DNA of 64,000 nucleotides from Centroscyllium fabricii. Lineage: Eukaryota. Under the pieces are notes generated by a model. That model searched no databases and was not told where the DNA came from. It saw only the letters and a program-made list of their open reading frames with translations. Below, one piece after another: positions 22,790-36,164 of this stretch. Made by a program: the position numbers and the translations under genes. Within the stretch, counting starts at the first letter, position 1; every line of letters starts with the position of its first letter. Where the stretch lies: NCBI GenBank assembly GCA_051313645.2, contig JBNRSN020000013.1, forward strand, positions 139,996,001-140,060,000, read 5' to 3'.

Positions 22790-25110
22790 GGGGAGGGGGC
22801 TCGGGGGGAGGGGGCTCAGCGTCTGGGGGAGGGGCTCGGGGGGAGGGGGGCTCTGTCTGGGGGAGGGGCTCGGGGAGGGGGCTCTGTGTCTGGGGGAGGG
22901 GGCTCTGTCTCTGGGGGAGGGGGCTCTGTGTCTGGGGGAGGGGGCTCTGTCTCTGGGGGAGGGGGCTCTGTCTGGGGGAGGGGGCTCTGTGTCTGGGGGA
23001 GGGGGCTCTGGGGAGGGGGGAGGGGGCTCTGGGGAGGGGGCTCTGTCTCTGGGGGAGGGGGCTCTGTGGGAGGGGGCTCTGTCTCTGGGGGAGGGGGCTC
23101 TGTCTGGGGGAGGGGGCTCTGTCTGGGGGAGGGGGCTCTGTCTGGGGGAGGGGGCTCTGTGTCTGGGGGAGGGGGCTCAGCGTCTGGGGGAGGGGCTCTC
23201 GGGGAGGGGCTCTGTCTGGGGGAGGGGGCTCAATGTCTGGGGGAGGGGGCTCAATGTCTGGGGGAGGGGGCTCAATGTCTGGGGGTGGGGGCTCAACGTC
23301 CGGGGGAGGGGGCTCAGCATCCGGGGGAGGGGTCCTGCGTCTGGGGGAGGGGGCTCAGCGTCTGGGGGCTCGGGAGGGGGCTTGTGTCTGGGGGAGGGGA
23401 CTCGGTGGAGAGCTGTGAGGTTCAGTGTCTGGGGGAGGGGGCCTAGTGTCTGGGGGAGGGGGGCTAATGTCTGGGGGAGGGGGGCTAGTGTCTGGGGGAG
23501 GGGGGCTAGTGTCTGGGCAAGGGGGGCTAGTGTCTGGGCGAGGGGGGCTAGTGTCTGGGCGAGGGGGGCTAGTGTCTGGGGGCGGGGGGCTAGTGTCTGG
23601 GGGCGGGGGGCTAGTGTCTGGGGGAGGGGGGCTAGTGTCTGGGGTAGGAGGGCTAGTGTCTCTGGGGCAGGGGGCTCAGTGTCTGGAAGGAGGCTCAATG
23701 TCTTGGGGGGGCGGGGAGGGGGTTCAATGTCGGGGTGAGGAGGGGGCTCAGCGTCTGGGGGAGGGGGCTCAGCGTCTGGGGGAGGGGGCTCAGCGTTTGG
23801 GGGAGGGGGCTCAGCATCTGGGGAGGGGGCCAGTGTCTCTGCGGGAGGGGGGCTAGTGTCTGGGGGAGGGGGCTAGTGTCGGGGAGGGGGACTAGTGTCG
23901 GGGGAGGGGGCTAGTGTCTCTGGGTGAGGGGCTCATTGGGGGAGGGGCTCATTGTCTGGGGGAGGGGGCTCATTGGGGGAGGGGGCTAGTGTCTGGGGGA
24001 GGGGGCTCAGTGTTCGGGGGAGGGGACCCGGGGGGGTTGCTCAGTGACTGGGGCAGGGGCTCAGGGGGAGGGGGCTTGGGGGAGAGCTGGGGGTGGGGGC
24101 TCACTTCTGGGGTAGGGGGCTCTGTGTCTGGGGGAGGGGGCTCAGTGTCTGGTGGAGGGTCCTCAGCTTCTGGGGAGCGGCTCAGCGTCTGGGGGCAGGG
24201 GCTCAGCATCGGGGGAGGGGGCTCAGTGCCTGGGGGATGGGGCACGCGCTGTTCGGGGGAGGGGACCCGGGGGGAGGGGGCCCGCGCTGTTCGGGGGAGG
24301 GGGCTCTGTCTGGGGGGGGAGGCTCAATGTCTGGGTGGGCGGGGAATGGGGTTCAATGTCTGGAAGGGGGGCTCAGCGTCTGGGGGAGGGGGCTCAGTGT
24401 CTGGAAGAGGGGCTCAGCGTCTGGGGGAGGGGGGATCAATGTCTGGAAGGGGGGCTCAGCGTCTGGGGGAGGGGGAGGGCTCGGGGGAGGTGGCTAATGT
24501 CTGGGGAGGAGGCTCGGCGGGGAGCTGTGGGGTTCAGTGTCTGGGGGAGGGGGGCTAGTGTCTGCGGGAGGGGGGCTAGTGTCTGGGGGAGGGGGCTCGG
24601 TGGAGGGGGGCTAGCGCCTGGGGGAGGGGGACTAGTGTCTCTGGGGCAGGGGGCTCAGTGTCTGGGGGAGGGGCTCAGTGTCTGGGGGAGGGGCTCAGTG
24701 TCTGGGGGAGGGGCTCAGTGTCTGGGAGGGGGGGCTAGAGGCAGAGCTCGGGTGGAGGGGGCTCCAGGGAGGGCGGCTTAGGGGAGAGGGCTAGTGTCTG
24801 GGGGAGCGGGTTCAGTGTCTGGGGGAGATGGGCTAGCGTCTGGGGGAGATGGGCTAGCGTCTGGGGAGGGATGGCTAGCGTCTGGGGGTGAGGGGCTAGT
24901 GTCTGGGGGCTAGCGGCTGGGATGTGGTCTGGGAGAGGGTCTGGGGGTGGGGGGTCTCGGTGTCTAGGGGTGAGGGGACTCAGTGTCTCGGGGTGGGGGG
25001 GTCTCGGGGTGGGGGGGTTTCTCAGTGTCTCGGGGTGGGGGTCTCGGTGTCTCGGGGTGGGGGGTCTCAGTATCTGGGGAGGGTGCTCGGTGTCTTGAGG
25101 TGGGGGGGTG
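22790..25110 (+). repeat. G-rich tandem repeat (TCTGGGGGAGGGGGCTCTGTG-like, about 19-21 bp) at the start of intron 1
   Basis: About 2.3 kb of G4-G6 runs with strong strand asymmetry. Confidence 0.9.
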
Positions 25111-26791
25111 ATGTGGATCATCCCTCACCTCCCTTTCGTCCAACCCCCCTGAGATTAGGGGAATACGGGATGCAAATTCTCAATCATTCCTTCTTTCCCC
25201 CCGCCCAGTTTAATTCTAGTTTCCTTTATTTCCTTTGTTTGGATTTTTCCAGGTTCCTCTCCATCTGAGGAGGGAATGCTCTGCAGCAGGAGCACTTTCC
25301 TCTCCCGCCCTTTTTTCTTTCATTTAGCCCTCATCGCGTACTTTTTCTTTCAACCTTTTAAAAATAAATATATAAACATTTTAAATCTCTCTCATCGGGT
25401 GGGAAGGCTGCTGGCTGGCTGCCCCTAAGAAGATGGCGACTGCAGTGCGCAAACGTCCCCTGCCTGGGCTGTGCTTCAGTGTCTTTTAATAACATTTTTT
25501 TATTCGATAAATAACTGTAAAATTGTCTTCATGGGGATCTTTGTTTATTTTTTCCGTTTGCAACATGCAAATGATTTTGTTGCATTAGAGAATGCATGGG
25601 GTGTGAGATACCTATGTGTGTGTGTGTACAAGATATCTAATAAATATATATAAAATACAGGGTATATGAAGAAAGGGAATAGAGACGGAGAGAAAAATCT
25701 GCCTGCAAAATGGTGTGAGAGACTTAACCCATCTAAATCCTGACTTTTACAGCCTGCAATCCATCCGCCTGTCTTTTATTTAGGTCTCCCATCATGTCTT
25801 TTCAAATTCCAGGTCTTTACCTTTGTCATTTTGGTTCACTCTGTGTCTGTCTTTAACATTTATCAGGTTTATTATTTATGTCTGGCCCCTTCGCATTTCT
25901 GGCAGTTTTCCCATGTATTTTTAATTTCTCTGTTTGGGTTTGCTTCCCTAGTCCTTGTCTTCTCAATTTTTGTCCCTTTTTATTTACATTTCTCGGATTG
26001 CCCGCTGCGTTGCTGTAATCGGAGAAGCTTTCACTTAACAGCCTAGCTAAGAATAGAACTGACCATTATCACCGGGGCAGAATTCTTTTTGCCAAACATT
26101 TCAGATTTTGTCTTTGCAGTTTTTTGATTCTGCAAATGATGGGTTAGCAACCTCTTTGAGCCTTGGTAGTTTGTTTCAATCTCAGGCTCTCCCTTCATTT
26201 TAATAATTGATGTTGTTACACATTCTACGTGTATCATTTGTCAAGACGTCAGGTTCTTCCACTTTGTGGCAAATCTTGACGCAACACCGAAAGAGAGGGT
26301 GATCTGAATCACTGAAACCTGCTGTGATGTCATTCTGGTTCAGTCTTTGCCTTGTGCTGTTCGGACATGGGGCGGGGAAATAACTTGAATCATTAAAAAA
26401 AAAATAGAGCTTTTGTGATGGAACTGAGTTGTCTCGGTTAATATGCATTGCAACAGAAAAATGAAAATCTCTTAAAACTGGAAATGCACAGCAGGTCAGT
26501 CAATGTCTGGAAAGAGGTTACTGTCCAATCGAGACTCTTCATCAGAGCTGCTTCCAGCATTTTATGTTTTTATTTTGTGTTCGAATTTATTACTGTCATG
26601 ATTTATATATTGAAAAATCTCTGCTCATACAGTGAATTGCATTTCAAAATATCTTGAATATTCTGCAGGCAAATTAATCTTGCTTGGATATGTGTTGATA
26701 TTTTGTTCAGTATTTTGTTCAGTAATAGCTTATCACGTTCGTACCTCTTGTATAATACATTGTGACTCCCTGGCTAATAAAGAAAGCCATG

Positions 26792-27300
26792 GAAACATAG
26801 AAGGTAGGAGCAGGAGTAGGCCATTCGGCCCCTCGAACCTGCTCCGCCATTCAATGCGATCATGGCTGATCATCCAAATTCAGTACCCTGTCCCTGCCTT
26901 CTCCCCGTATCCCTTGATCCCTTTAGCCTGAAGGAATATATCTAACTCCTCCTTGAATATATTTAATGAATTGGCCTCTACTGCCTTCTGTGGTAGAGAA
27001 TTCCACAGGTTCACCACTCTGGGTGAAGAAATTCCTCCTCATCTCTGTCCTAAATGGCTTACCCCTTATTCTTAGACTGTGACCCCTGGTTCTGGACTCC
27101 CCCGCCATCGGAAACATCCTTCCTGCATCTAGTCTGTCCAGTCCGGTCAGAATTTTATAAGTTTCAATGAGATCCCCTCTCATTCTTCTAAACTCCAGCG
27201 ATTATAAGCCCAATCGACCCAATCTCTCCCCATACATCATTCCTGCCATCCCAGGTATCAGCCTGGTGAATCTTCGCCGCACTCCCTCCACGGCAAGAAC
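26792..27300 (-). mobile_element. CR1/HER1 LINE 3' fragment
   Basis: RGDLIETYKIL...TRGHSL...RRNFFTQ and CR1 tail. Confidence 0.9.
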
Positions 27301-27304
27301 AATG

Positions 27305-27479
27305 GCTTCGGTGAAGGTGTTGACGATGGTTTGGAGTTCGACCTCAAGAGTGAGTGCAGACGCAAGCGGCGTCTGCCTACTGTAATTCGACGACAGAGGA
27401 TGGGACGACCTTGGATCTGGACTGGAGGCGACAGAGGCTGAACAGTTTCCCGTTTGTTCTGTAAATTAGCTCCACTCCA
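27305..27479 (-). mobile_element. RTE LINE fragment
   Basis: Reverse complement of about 31265-31440 (RT YADD region). Confidence 0.75.
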
Positions 27480-27699
27480 TGGATAAATTGACCCTTAGTG
27501 TTAGAGGGATTGAATATGTGGGGTTACGGGGATAGGGTGGGGATATGTGTCGGTGCAGGCTCGATAGGGATGTGGGGAGAGGGCAGGGGCGGGGTACTGA
27601 ATTTGGATGATCAGCCATGATCTCATTGAATGGCGGAGCAGGCTCGAAGGGCCGAATGGCCTACTCCTGCTCCTATCTTCTGTGTTTCTGTGATTTTCT
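27480..27699 (+). mobile_element. HE1-like SINE 3' half
   Basis: GATAAATTGACCCTTAGTGTTAG... plus CR1-type tail. Confidence 0.8.
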
Positions 27700-27780
27700 A
27701 TCGATGGTTGAGAGACGGTAACCCAGCATAGACTAGGGAATGAAACTCTCCATGGATATCCAAAGCTGGATATTCTAGAC

Positions 27781-28133
27781 CAGCGGTCCCCAACCTTTTT
27801 GGGACCGCGGACCATTTTGTGCGAGTCAATTTTTTCACTGACTGGGCTGGGGGGGTGCTGGCGGAGTTTTTTTCACTGACCGGGGTGGGGGGGGTGCTGG
27901 CGGAGTTTTTTTCACTGACCGGGGTGGGGGGGTGCTGGCGGAGTTTTTTTCACTGACCGGGGTGGGGGTGCTGGCGAGGGTTTTTGGACGGACCGCGGGG
28001 GGGGGTGCTGGCGGAGGGGTTTTCGCGGGGGGTGCTCGGGTGCGGGCGGCGAACATTCCTTCTGCGGCTGCGGCCCGGTAAAACTCTTCCACGGCCCGGT
28101 ACCGGGCCGCGGACCGGCGGTTGGGGACCGCTG
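27781..28133. mobile_element. hAT-Charlie-type MITE with internal tandem repeat
   Basis: 15-bp TIR CAGCGGTCCCCAACC; 8-bp TSD TTCTAGAC (27773-27780, 28134-28141). Confidence 0.92.
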
Positions 28134-28845
28134 TTCTAGACATTTCTGTGAGCAAATCAAGCCAGGTGGGCCATCACGGCTCCCACAGGGTCTTTTTGAA
28201 ATGGTCACGGTTCTTGCCATAAATCTTGAAAGTGGGTGGATTCTAATGAATTTCCTGCATTTCCAAGCGCTGCATAGATCAGGAGCAAGTGGAATGTTGA
28301 AAACCAAGCTGCCGTCGCACCCATCTGTTATTCGTAGACAATGTCCTTTTGTCAACTTTGAGTGAAGTATTCTTGCTGGGGGGGGGGGGGGTTGTGGGCT
28401 GGGTGAGGCTATTTGCCAAGGTATCCTAGTGTTTACAAAAAGATGGATTCATGCTTCTCCTCACAGACCACCTAGTGTTCTCTTCCCCTGTTTCTCCCCT
28501 AACTCCACAGGCTTCTATCACATCAATAGGTTAAATCCAAAGCATGAGGTGTTCGCTTGAAAAAAGAGTCTTCATGTACGAAAAAAATTCTGCTGTAATT
28601 TTGAAAGCTGATGTAGAATGTTTTCCTACTCTTCTTCATTTAGTTAAAGAATCACAATACAGATCCGGAATGTTCACCGGTTTGTTTCCCTAGTCTATGC
28701 TGGGTTACCGTATCTCAACCAGGGTGACCTTAGCGAGTTCTGCAATCGGCCTCAATGGCCCTGGGCTAGGGAGGTGAAAACAATCAACTGAGACTTCGGC
28801 TTCTGATCACTATCCAACCCTGCCCAGCCCTGTTCTCACCTGACG

Positions 28846-29330
28846 TTCATTCAATTCAATTCAATTTATTGTCATTGTAAAGTGAACATACACAACACAA
28901 CGAAATGCAAGCATGCAATCTCCCAAGAAACAATACAGATATTAAAATGTCCTCTCCTGTAAGTCCCAGTCCGGCCACGACGGCCCCGATGCCGATGCTC
29001 AGGCCCACACGGACCCCGATGCGCCCGGCCATGACGGCTCCGGCCACGACGGCCCCGATGCTCGCGGCCCCGAAGCTCTGGCCATGACGGTCCTGATGCT
29101 CCCGGCCCCGAAGCTCTGGTCATGACGGCCCCGATGCTCCTGGCCCCGACGCTCAGTCCACGACGGCCCCGATGCTCCTGGCCCCGAAGCTCTGGCCATG
29201 ACGGCCCCGAAGCTCCCGGGCCCGACGCTCAGGCCCCGAAGCTCCCGGCCCCGACGCTCCGGTCCCGACGCTCAGGCCACGCGGGCCCTGATGCTCCCGG
29301 CACCCGGCCACGACGGCCCCGAGTGTGAAC
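28846..29330 (-). mobile_element. Non-autonomous element with a Rex1-type tail and GC-rich tandem repeat
   Basis: (TGAAT)n tail after ATGACAATAAA on the minus strand; repeats of ACGGCCCCGATGCTC at 28970-29320. Confidence 0.55.
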
Positions 29331-29371
29331 CCTGGCTAATCTTTTTTTTTTCTTTCTTCCCCCAACCAAAT

Positions 29372-29973
29372 GTAAGAAGTCTCACAACACCAGGTTATAG
29401 TCCAACAGTTTTATTTGAAATCACAAGCTTTCGGAGTGTTGCACCTTCATCAGGTGTAGTAGAGATGCATAAAGACACAGCATATATAGTCGGAGAACAA
29501 TGTCATCTTTCCAACTGCCCTTCATCACACCTCGGCAGAGAGACATTCATAGCAATCAAAGGTGTGAATGGTGTTCAAACAGATCAGGCAGGCAGGCACC
29601 ACCTGAAGAACAATGAAGTGGAGTCACAAAGGGTCAAATGTTGCACAGTCTGGGGTCTGTGTGAAAACCAACACAGAACAAGTTAAAAAAAAAAAAGATT
29701 TTTCTTGCTGGAAATCGCAGCCGGTACAGCCGCATCTGTGTAGTGAGAACAAGTCAAAGACGACTCGAGTCTGGATGACTCTGTCAGGTGGGGTTACATG
29801 TAGTGTGACATGAAGCCAAGATCCCGGTTGAGGCCGTGCTCATGAGTGCAGAACTTGGCTATCAGTTTCTGCTCGACGATTTTGCGTTGTCGTGTGTCTC
29901 GAAAGGCCGCCTTGGAGAATGCTTACCCGAAGATCGGAGGCTGAATGTCCTTGACTGCTGAAGTGTTCCCCGA
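29372..29973 (-). mobile_element. Penelope-like element 3' fragment (second family)
   Basis: GEHFSSQGHSASDLRVSILQGG endonuclease C-terminus; degenerate hammerhead at 29421-29456; 9-bp TSD CAACCAAAT. Confidence 0.85.
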
Positions 29974-29996
29974 CAACCAAATTTAGTAATACAGTC

Positions 29997-30301
29997 CAGG
30001 TCCAGCACCGTTAATCCGGAAACTTTAGTCGTCCGGAATGAATCCGGCCGGCTGGTCTGCGCATGCGCAAAATGGCCGCCGTGCTTGGCTGCGCATGCGC
30101 AAAATGGCTGTCGCGCTTGGCTGCGCATGCCTGGGCCTCTCCCCGAACGATTAATGCTTCGGCGAGCGCATGCGCAGACCTTTCAAAATGGCCGCCGGCT
30201 TTCGCGGTGCATGTGCTCGCCGAAGCTTCAATCGTTTGGATTTTTCACTAGTCCGGCACTGGCTTGGTCCCGACAGTGCCGGACGGACGGTGTCGGACCT
30301 G
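29997..30301. mobile_element. Tc1/mariner (Tigger/pogo-like) MITE
   Basis: TIR CAGGTCCAGCACCG...CGGTGTCGGACCTG|TA; similar to 37205-37674. Confidence 0.7.
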
Positions 30302-31174
30302 TAGTACTTGGGTGTCTTTCTGTTCCTTCTCTTTCCCCCCACCCTCTGCTTGGCTGCTCTGGCATTTAAACCAGTTAACTCAGCACATACCACATCACAT
30401 TTCCTGGTCTCCGTCTCAGTTTCACACCGGTTGTTGTGTTTTCTCTGAAAACCATTCAGAGACTTATCGACTTTATAAATATCTAAAGTTGTTGATCTGT
30501 AGGCTGTATGGATTGTTTTTTAAACTAGATTCCTAAAATATTTATAGGAGTCCTTTTTATCCTTAATTTCTCTTGCACACAACAGCTGGAATGCACTTGG
30601 GGCTTGTGGAGCTAAAATACTTTAAATATATTACTATTCACACCTTTTGCGAATGGGAAGTGGTATAATTGTGGGCCATATTATTACGGTTGGGTCTATT
30701 GGCCTTTAATTCCATCTTCGTGATACTATCGCAAAGCACCCAAGTCCAGCGATGGTGCTCAGGGCAGTGGCTGTTGAGAGTTTCGCTCTTGCCATCTTTC
30801 ACCATCTGTTGACCGAAATGGTTTGTATGCTTGTGCATCTCTTAGCCAATCTAAGCAGCTGCTGAGGAATAATGGGATGGGGAGGATGAAAGATGGGGGA
30901 GAAATGGTCCCTTGATGTGGAGAAAATGTGGACTTTGTCAATTGCTTGAGAAATGTGTTTTCTGTTTTAAGCTCTCGATGAGGAGTTTAGAATTGCATCC
31001 AAGTGACAGCTAAACCCAGATATAGGAACCAAGTTTCTGCCTGTTTAAATAGCCCTCAGCAAGAATTTCTGGCAGGAACTAAACCTGAGTGTGCACACAA
31101 GGCAGCAAAAAGGTAATGCTCTTTGGAGCCCAGTTTGAGTGAAATGAAAGGGTATGTTTGGCACAACATACTGC

Positions 31175-32335
31175 TCAAGAGCTGCTAGCTGGTTCCCTTC
31201 ATTGGAAGCTCTTCTCGATCTTCCTTGCTGCAATGCTCCATCTCACCCTCAGTAAGCCCCCTGCTGGAGTGGAGCTAATTTACAGAACAAACGGGCAACT
31301 GTTCAACGTCCGTCGCCTCCAGTCCAGATCTAACGTCGTCCCATCCTCTGTCGTCGAATTACAGTATGCAGACGACGCTTGCGTCTGTGCTCACTCGGAG
31401 GTCGAACTCCAAACTATCGTCAACACCTTCACCGAAGCGTACGAGAGCATGGGCCTTACACTCAACATCTGTAAGACAAAGGTCCTCTACCAACCTGCCC
31501 CCGCCACACACTACTGCCCCCCCGATTATCAAAATCCACGACAAGGCCTTGGACAACGTGGACCACTTTCCATACCTCGGGAGCCTACTGTCAACCAGGG
31601 CAGGCGTCGATGACGAAGTCCAACACCGCCTTCAGTGTGCCAGTGCAGCCGCCGGTCGCCTGAGGAAGAGAGTGTTTGAAGACCAGGATCTCAAACCTGG
31701 CACCAAGCTCATGGACTCAGAGCAGCAGTGATACCCGCCCTGCTGTATGCCTCGACATGTACCATGTACAGCAGGCACCTCAATGCACTGGAGAGGTACC
31801 ACCAATGCTGCCTCCGCAAGATCCTGCCAATCCATTGGCAGGATAGGCGCACCAACGTCTGTGTTCTCGCTCAGGCCAACATCCCCAGCATCGAAATTTT
31901 GACCACGCTTGATCAGCTCCGATGGATGGGTCGTCCGCATGCCCGATACGAGACTCCGAAAACAAGCGCTCTACTCGGAGCTCCGGCACGGCAAGAGAGT
32001 CCCAGGTTGGTGGAGGAAACGCTTAAAGGACACCCTCAAAACCTCCTTGAAAAAGTGCAACATCCCTGGCGCAAAACCGCACAAAGTGGAGGAGAAGCAT
32101 CCGGGAAGGCGCCGAACACCTCGAGCCTCTTTGCCAGGAACAAGTGGAAGCCAAGCGCAGGCAACACAAGGAGCGCACGTCAACCCAAGCACCCCACCCA
32201 CCCGCCCCTTCAACCACCGTCTGCCCCACCTGTGACAGAGACTGTCGGTCCCGCATTGGACTCATCAGTCACCTGAGAACTCATTTTTAATGTGGAAGCA
32301 AGTCATCCTCGGTTCCGAGGGATCGCCTAAGAAGA
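31175..32335 (+). mobile_element. RTE-clade LINE 3' fragment
   Basis: LQYADD, LNICKTKV, FPYLGS, LRW.G, C-terminal CPTCDRDCRSRIGLISHLRTH, 3' hairpin and (AAG)n tail. Confidence 0.9.
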
Positions 32336-32904
32336 GGAGAAATTGGATAAGAGATTGATACGTATTTTATTTTGACTGTTTTTGGCCTAACATTGCAGAT
32401 GTTATAGAGGGCCACTATCCAGCTGCGGTTATAGCTTAGAGGAAGTCACCTTGCCACCCACTTGTTTGGCATGGGATTGGGGAAACCTACTTCTAAGTGC
32501 ATTTTGAATCCTGTTTAATAATACTATGTACTGTGGGTAAAGTAAGATATGCAACAAGGGTAATCAAAATGATGACTGTCTATTTTAGGGGACTTTTAGC
32601 CAGAACCCCATGAAAATAATCTTCCTTTATTACGTTTATAAATTTCCCTCATAGTGGCAACTTTTTTTTTTCCCCCACCCCATTTTAAGGATCTGTGAAG
32701 ATATTTTTGTTACTTTGGGTTAATTATTGGCCATAGTTAACCATTTTACAAGCCTTGCCAACACTGCAATAACCATGCCACTAGGAATAAAAACGCAAGT
32801 GGCTAGGGTGGGAGAAATGACTCCCTTTTCGTTTCCTTTCCCATAGCTATGTAGCAGACATTGAAAACTTGGTGTTTTGGGGTCAGATCTGCATTAAGCT
32901 CTTT

Positions 32905-33527
32905 TAATTCAATTCAATTCAAGTTTTATTGTCATTGCAGAGTACTAGTACAATACAACGAGACAAAGACTCGCCGCTCCCGAGAGTAGTGCAAATACGT
33001 TACATACAATAAAGTACATTTCAGGTGGGCAGATACTGGATGTTTTTGTTAGAGTTCAGGAGACTGACAGCCCTGGGGAAGAAGCTGTTCTTGAATCTGG
33101 TCGTGCGGGTGCGGATTGATCTGTAGCGTCTCCCGGAGGGCAGGGGGGCAAACAGACTGTGGCTGGGGTGTGTGGGGTCTTTAATAATGTTCAGAGACCT
33201 CCGTAGGCAACGTTTGAGGTAGGTGCGTTCGATTGACAGTAGCTGGGTGCCGGTGATTCGTTGGGCAGTTTTGACTACCCGCTGCAGGGTCTTCCGGTCC
33301 GAGATGGTGCAGTTCCCATACCAGACAGTGATGCAGTTTGTCAGTATGCTTTCGAATGTGCAGCGGTAGAAGTTGGTGAGGATGCCGGATGACAGCTTGG
33401 CTTTTTTCAGCTTCCTTTGGAAGTACAGGCGCTGTTGGGCCTTCTTAACCAGAGGTGTTTAGTGACCAGGAGAGGTCTTCCGAGATGTGGACCTCGAGGA
33501 ACTTGAAGCTGGACACCCTTTCCACCT
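32905..33527 (-). mobile_element. Rex1/Babar LINE 3' fragment
   Basis: Close to 37809-38600; (TGAAT)n tail. Confidence 0.85.
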
Positions 33528-34488
33528 TTAAACGTTACTTATGAATTTTGGAGGTAATTTGAGCAATGACTGCTGATCTCACGGTCGGGGAGAGACAACT
33601 TCAAAAGAGGATTGAGCTAGCTAAGATGTAGTTATAACATACAGTTGAAGCATCCTAGGTTAATGACTATCTAATTTATCTCCATTACATTGTCGTGCAC
33701 ATCTGAAGTTATTGGACATGGTGACTATTCAAACTTTTTCCTCAACAGTTTACACAATAAAATAAGCGAGACTTTGTGTAATCCACTTGGAATTGTTTAC
33801 ATTCCAAGTCTAGAAAAGACAGCTATGTATGGTTTGCAGTTGGCAGAACCCAAGCTGCCTTAAAGGGAAATATTTGCATGTGAATTCAACCACTGATGTT
33901 TAGGTTGGTGTAGCTTTCAGACTATTGGCTAAAGTCAAGAGCCTACTGTAATCTTTGTTTTCATGAGTTCAGCCCTGCACTGTTAAGTCAGCCAGGAGTG
34001 TTTCTATATAAGAACATAAGAAATAGGAGCAGGAGTCGGCCAATCGGCCCCTCGAGCCTGCTCCGCCATTCAACAAGATCATGGCTGATCATCTCCTAAC
34101 CTCAAATCTACTTTCACTCTCCATCCCCCCTGAACCCATGTGATCACCCGGGAGAGGCGAAAAACCAGATAAAAACCCATTGGCTAATTTGGGAGAAAAA
34201 ATCTGGGGAATTCCTCTCCGACCCATCTAGGCGATCGAAAACTGGTCCAGGAGATCACATGGCCGATATGAACCTAGCATCACGTCCACTTACCTGCCCG
34301 CTCACCGTAACCCCTAATTATCTTTACTTCCAGGAAACTGTCTATCTCTGTTTTAAATTTATTCAAAGTAGTAGCTTCCACAGCTCACTGGGGCAGCAAA
34401 TTCCACAGACCTATCATCCTCTGAGTGAAGATGTTTCTTCTCATCTCAGTTTTGAAAGGGCAGCCCCTTATTCTAAGATTATGCCCCC

Positions 34489-34720
34489 TGATGTGACAAA
34501 AGAGACCTGCACATCAATAACTCTAAGCAAAGCTTTAATCAACTATTTACAGAGTTAGAGTTTCACATGCTTACAGGGGAAGCATCATCCCAGACTGGAT
34601 AGCAGCAGAACTTATACCACCAGACAGGAAGTGACGTATATACAGGAAGTGACATGTAAAAAAGGAAATGATGTCACAGGAAACACATGACTTTCTGCCG
34701 GAAGTTTCAATATCACCACA
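34489..34720 (-). mobile_element. Solo LTR (232 bp)
   Basis: Minus strand TGTGGTGATA...TGTCACATCA; TSD CCCCC; interrupts CR1 at TRG|HNL. Confidence 0.8.
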
Positions 34721-35785
34721 CCCCCCTAGTTTTAGTCTCACCCATCAGTGGAAACATCCTCACCACGTCCACCCGATCAAGCCCCTTCACAATCTTATAT
34801 GTTTCGATACGATCGCCTCTCACTCTTCTGAACTCCAATGAGTAGAGGCCCAACCTACTCACCCTTTCCTCATAAGTCAACCCCCTAATCTCTGGAATCA
34901 ACCAAGTGAATCTTCTCTGAACTGCCTCGAGAGCAAGTATATCCTTTCTCAAATATGGAAACCAAAACTGTACGCAGTATTCCAGATGTCGCCTCACCAA
35001 TACCCTGTATAACTGCAGCAGGACCTCCCTGCTTTTATACTCCACCCCCCTTGCAATAGAGGCCAAGATTCCATTGGCCTTCCTGATAACCTGCTGTACC
35101 TGTATACTAACCTTCTGTGTTTCATGCACCAGAACCCCCAGATCCCTTTGTACTTTAGAACTTTGAAGTTTCTCTCCATTCAGATAATAATTTGCTCTTT
35201 GATTTTCTTTGCCAAAGTACATAACCTCACACTTTCCAACATTATATTCCATCTGCCAAAACGTTGACCACTCACCTAGCCTGTCTATGTCCCTTTGCAG
35301 GTTTTTTATGTCCTCCTCACTCACTGCTTTCCCTCCCATCTTAGTATCGTCTGCAAACTTGGATACGTTGCACTCGGTCCCTTCCTCCAAATCGTTAATA
35401 TAGATTGTAAAGAGTTGGGGTCCCAGCACTGACCCCCGCGGAACACCACTAGTCACTGATTGCCAATCTGAGAATGAACCATTAATCCCAACTCTCTGTT
35501 TTCTGTTAGATAGTCAATCTTCCACCCATGCCAGTATATTACCCCCAATCCCGTGATTTTTTTATCTTGTGCAGTAATCTTTTGTGTGGTACCTTGTCAA
35601 ATGCCTTTTGGAAGTCCAAATACACCACATCCACTGGTTCCCCTTTATCCACCCTGTTTGTTACGTCCTCAAAGAATTCAAGCAAATTTGTTAAACATGA
35701 CTTCCCTTTCGTAAAACCATGCTGACTCTGTCCGATTAAATTATGCTTATCCAAATGTCCTGTTACTGCTTCCTTAATAATGGAC

Positions 35786-36164
35786 GGCACGGTGGCATAG
35801 TGGTTAGCACTGTTGCCTCACAGCACTGGAGACCCGGGTTCAAATCCAGCCTCGGGTACTATCTGTGTGGAGTTTGCACATTCTCCCCGTGTCTGCGTGA
35901 GTTTCCTCCGGGTGCTCCGGTTTCCTCCCACAGTCCAAAGATGTGCGGGTTAGGTTGATTGGCCAGGATAAATTGACCCTTCGTGTTAGGGAGATTGAAT
36001 ATGTGGGGTTACGGGGATAGGGTGCGATATGTGTCGGTGCAGGCTCGATAGGGATCGAGGGATATGGTGACGAGGCAGGGATGGGGTGCTGGGTTTGGAT
36101 GATCAGCCATGATCTCATTGAATGGGCCGAATGGCCTACTCCTGCTCCTATCTTGTATGTTTCT
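35786..36164 (+). mobile_element. HE1-like V-SINE
   Basis: Head, V core and tail; TSD ATGGAC. Confidence 0.9.

Noticed and set aside
22737-25268. Long Gly/Pro-rich ORFs (up to 333 aa)
   Set aside because: Translations of the G-rich tandem repeat, open in several frames; they lie past the APP donor.
28690-28820. Ancient SINE-like fragment (also about 59115-59200 and 62270-62370)
   Set aside because: Looks like an old repeat but is too degenerate to name or bound without a search.
35786-35850. tRNA genes suggested by A/B boxes
   Set aside because: They are SINE heads running into the V core and LINE tail.
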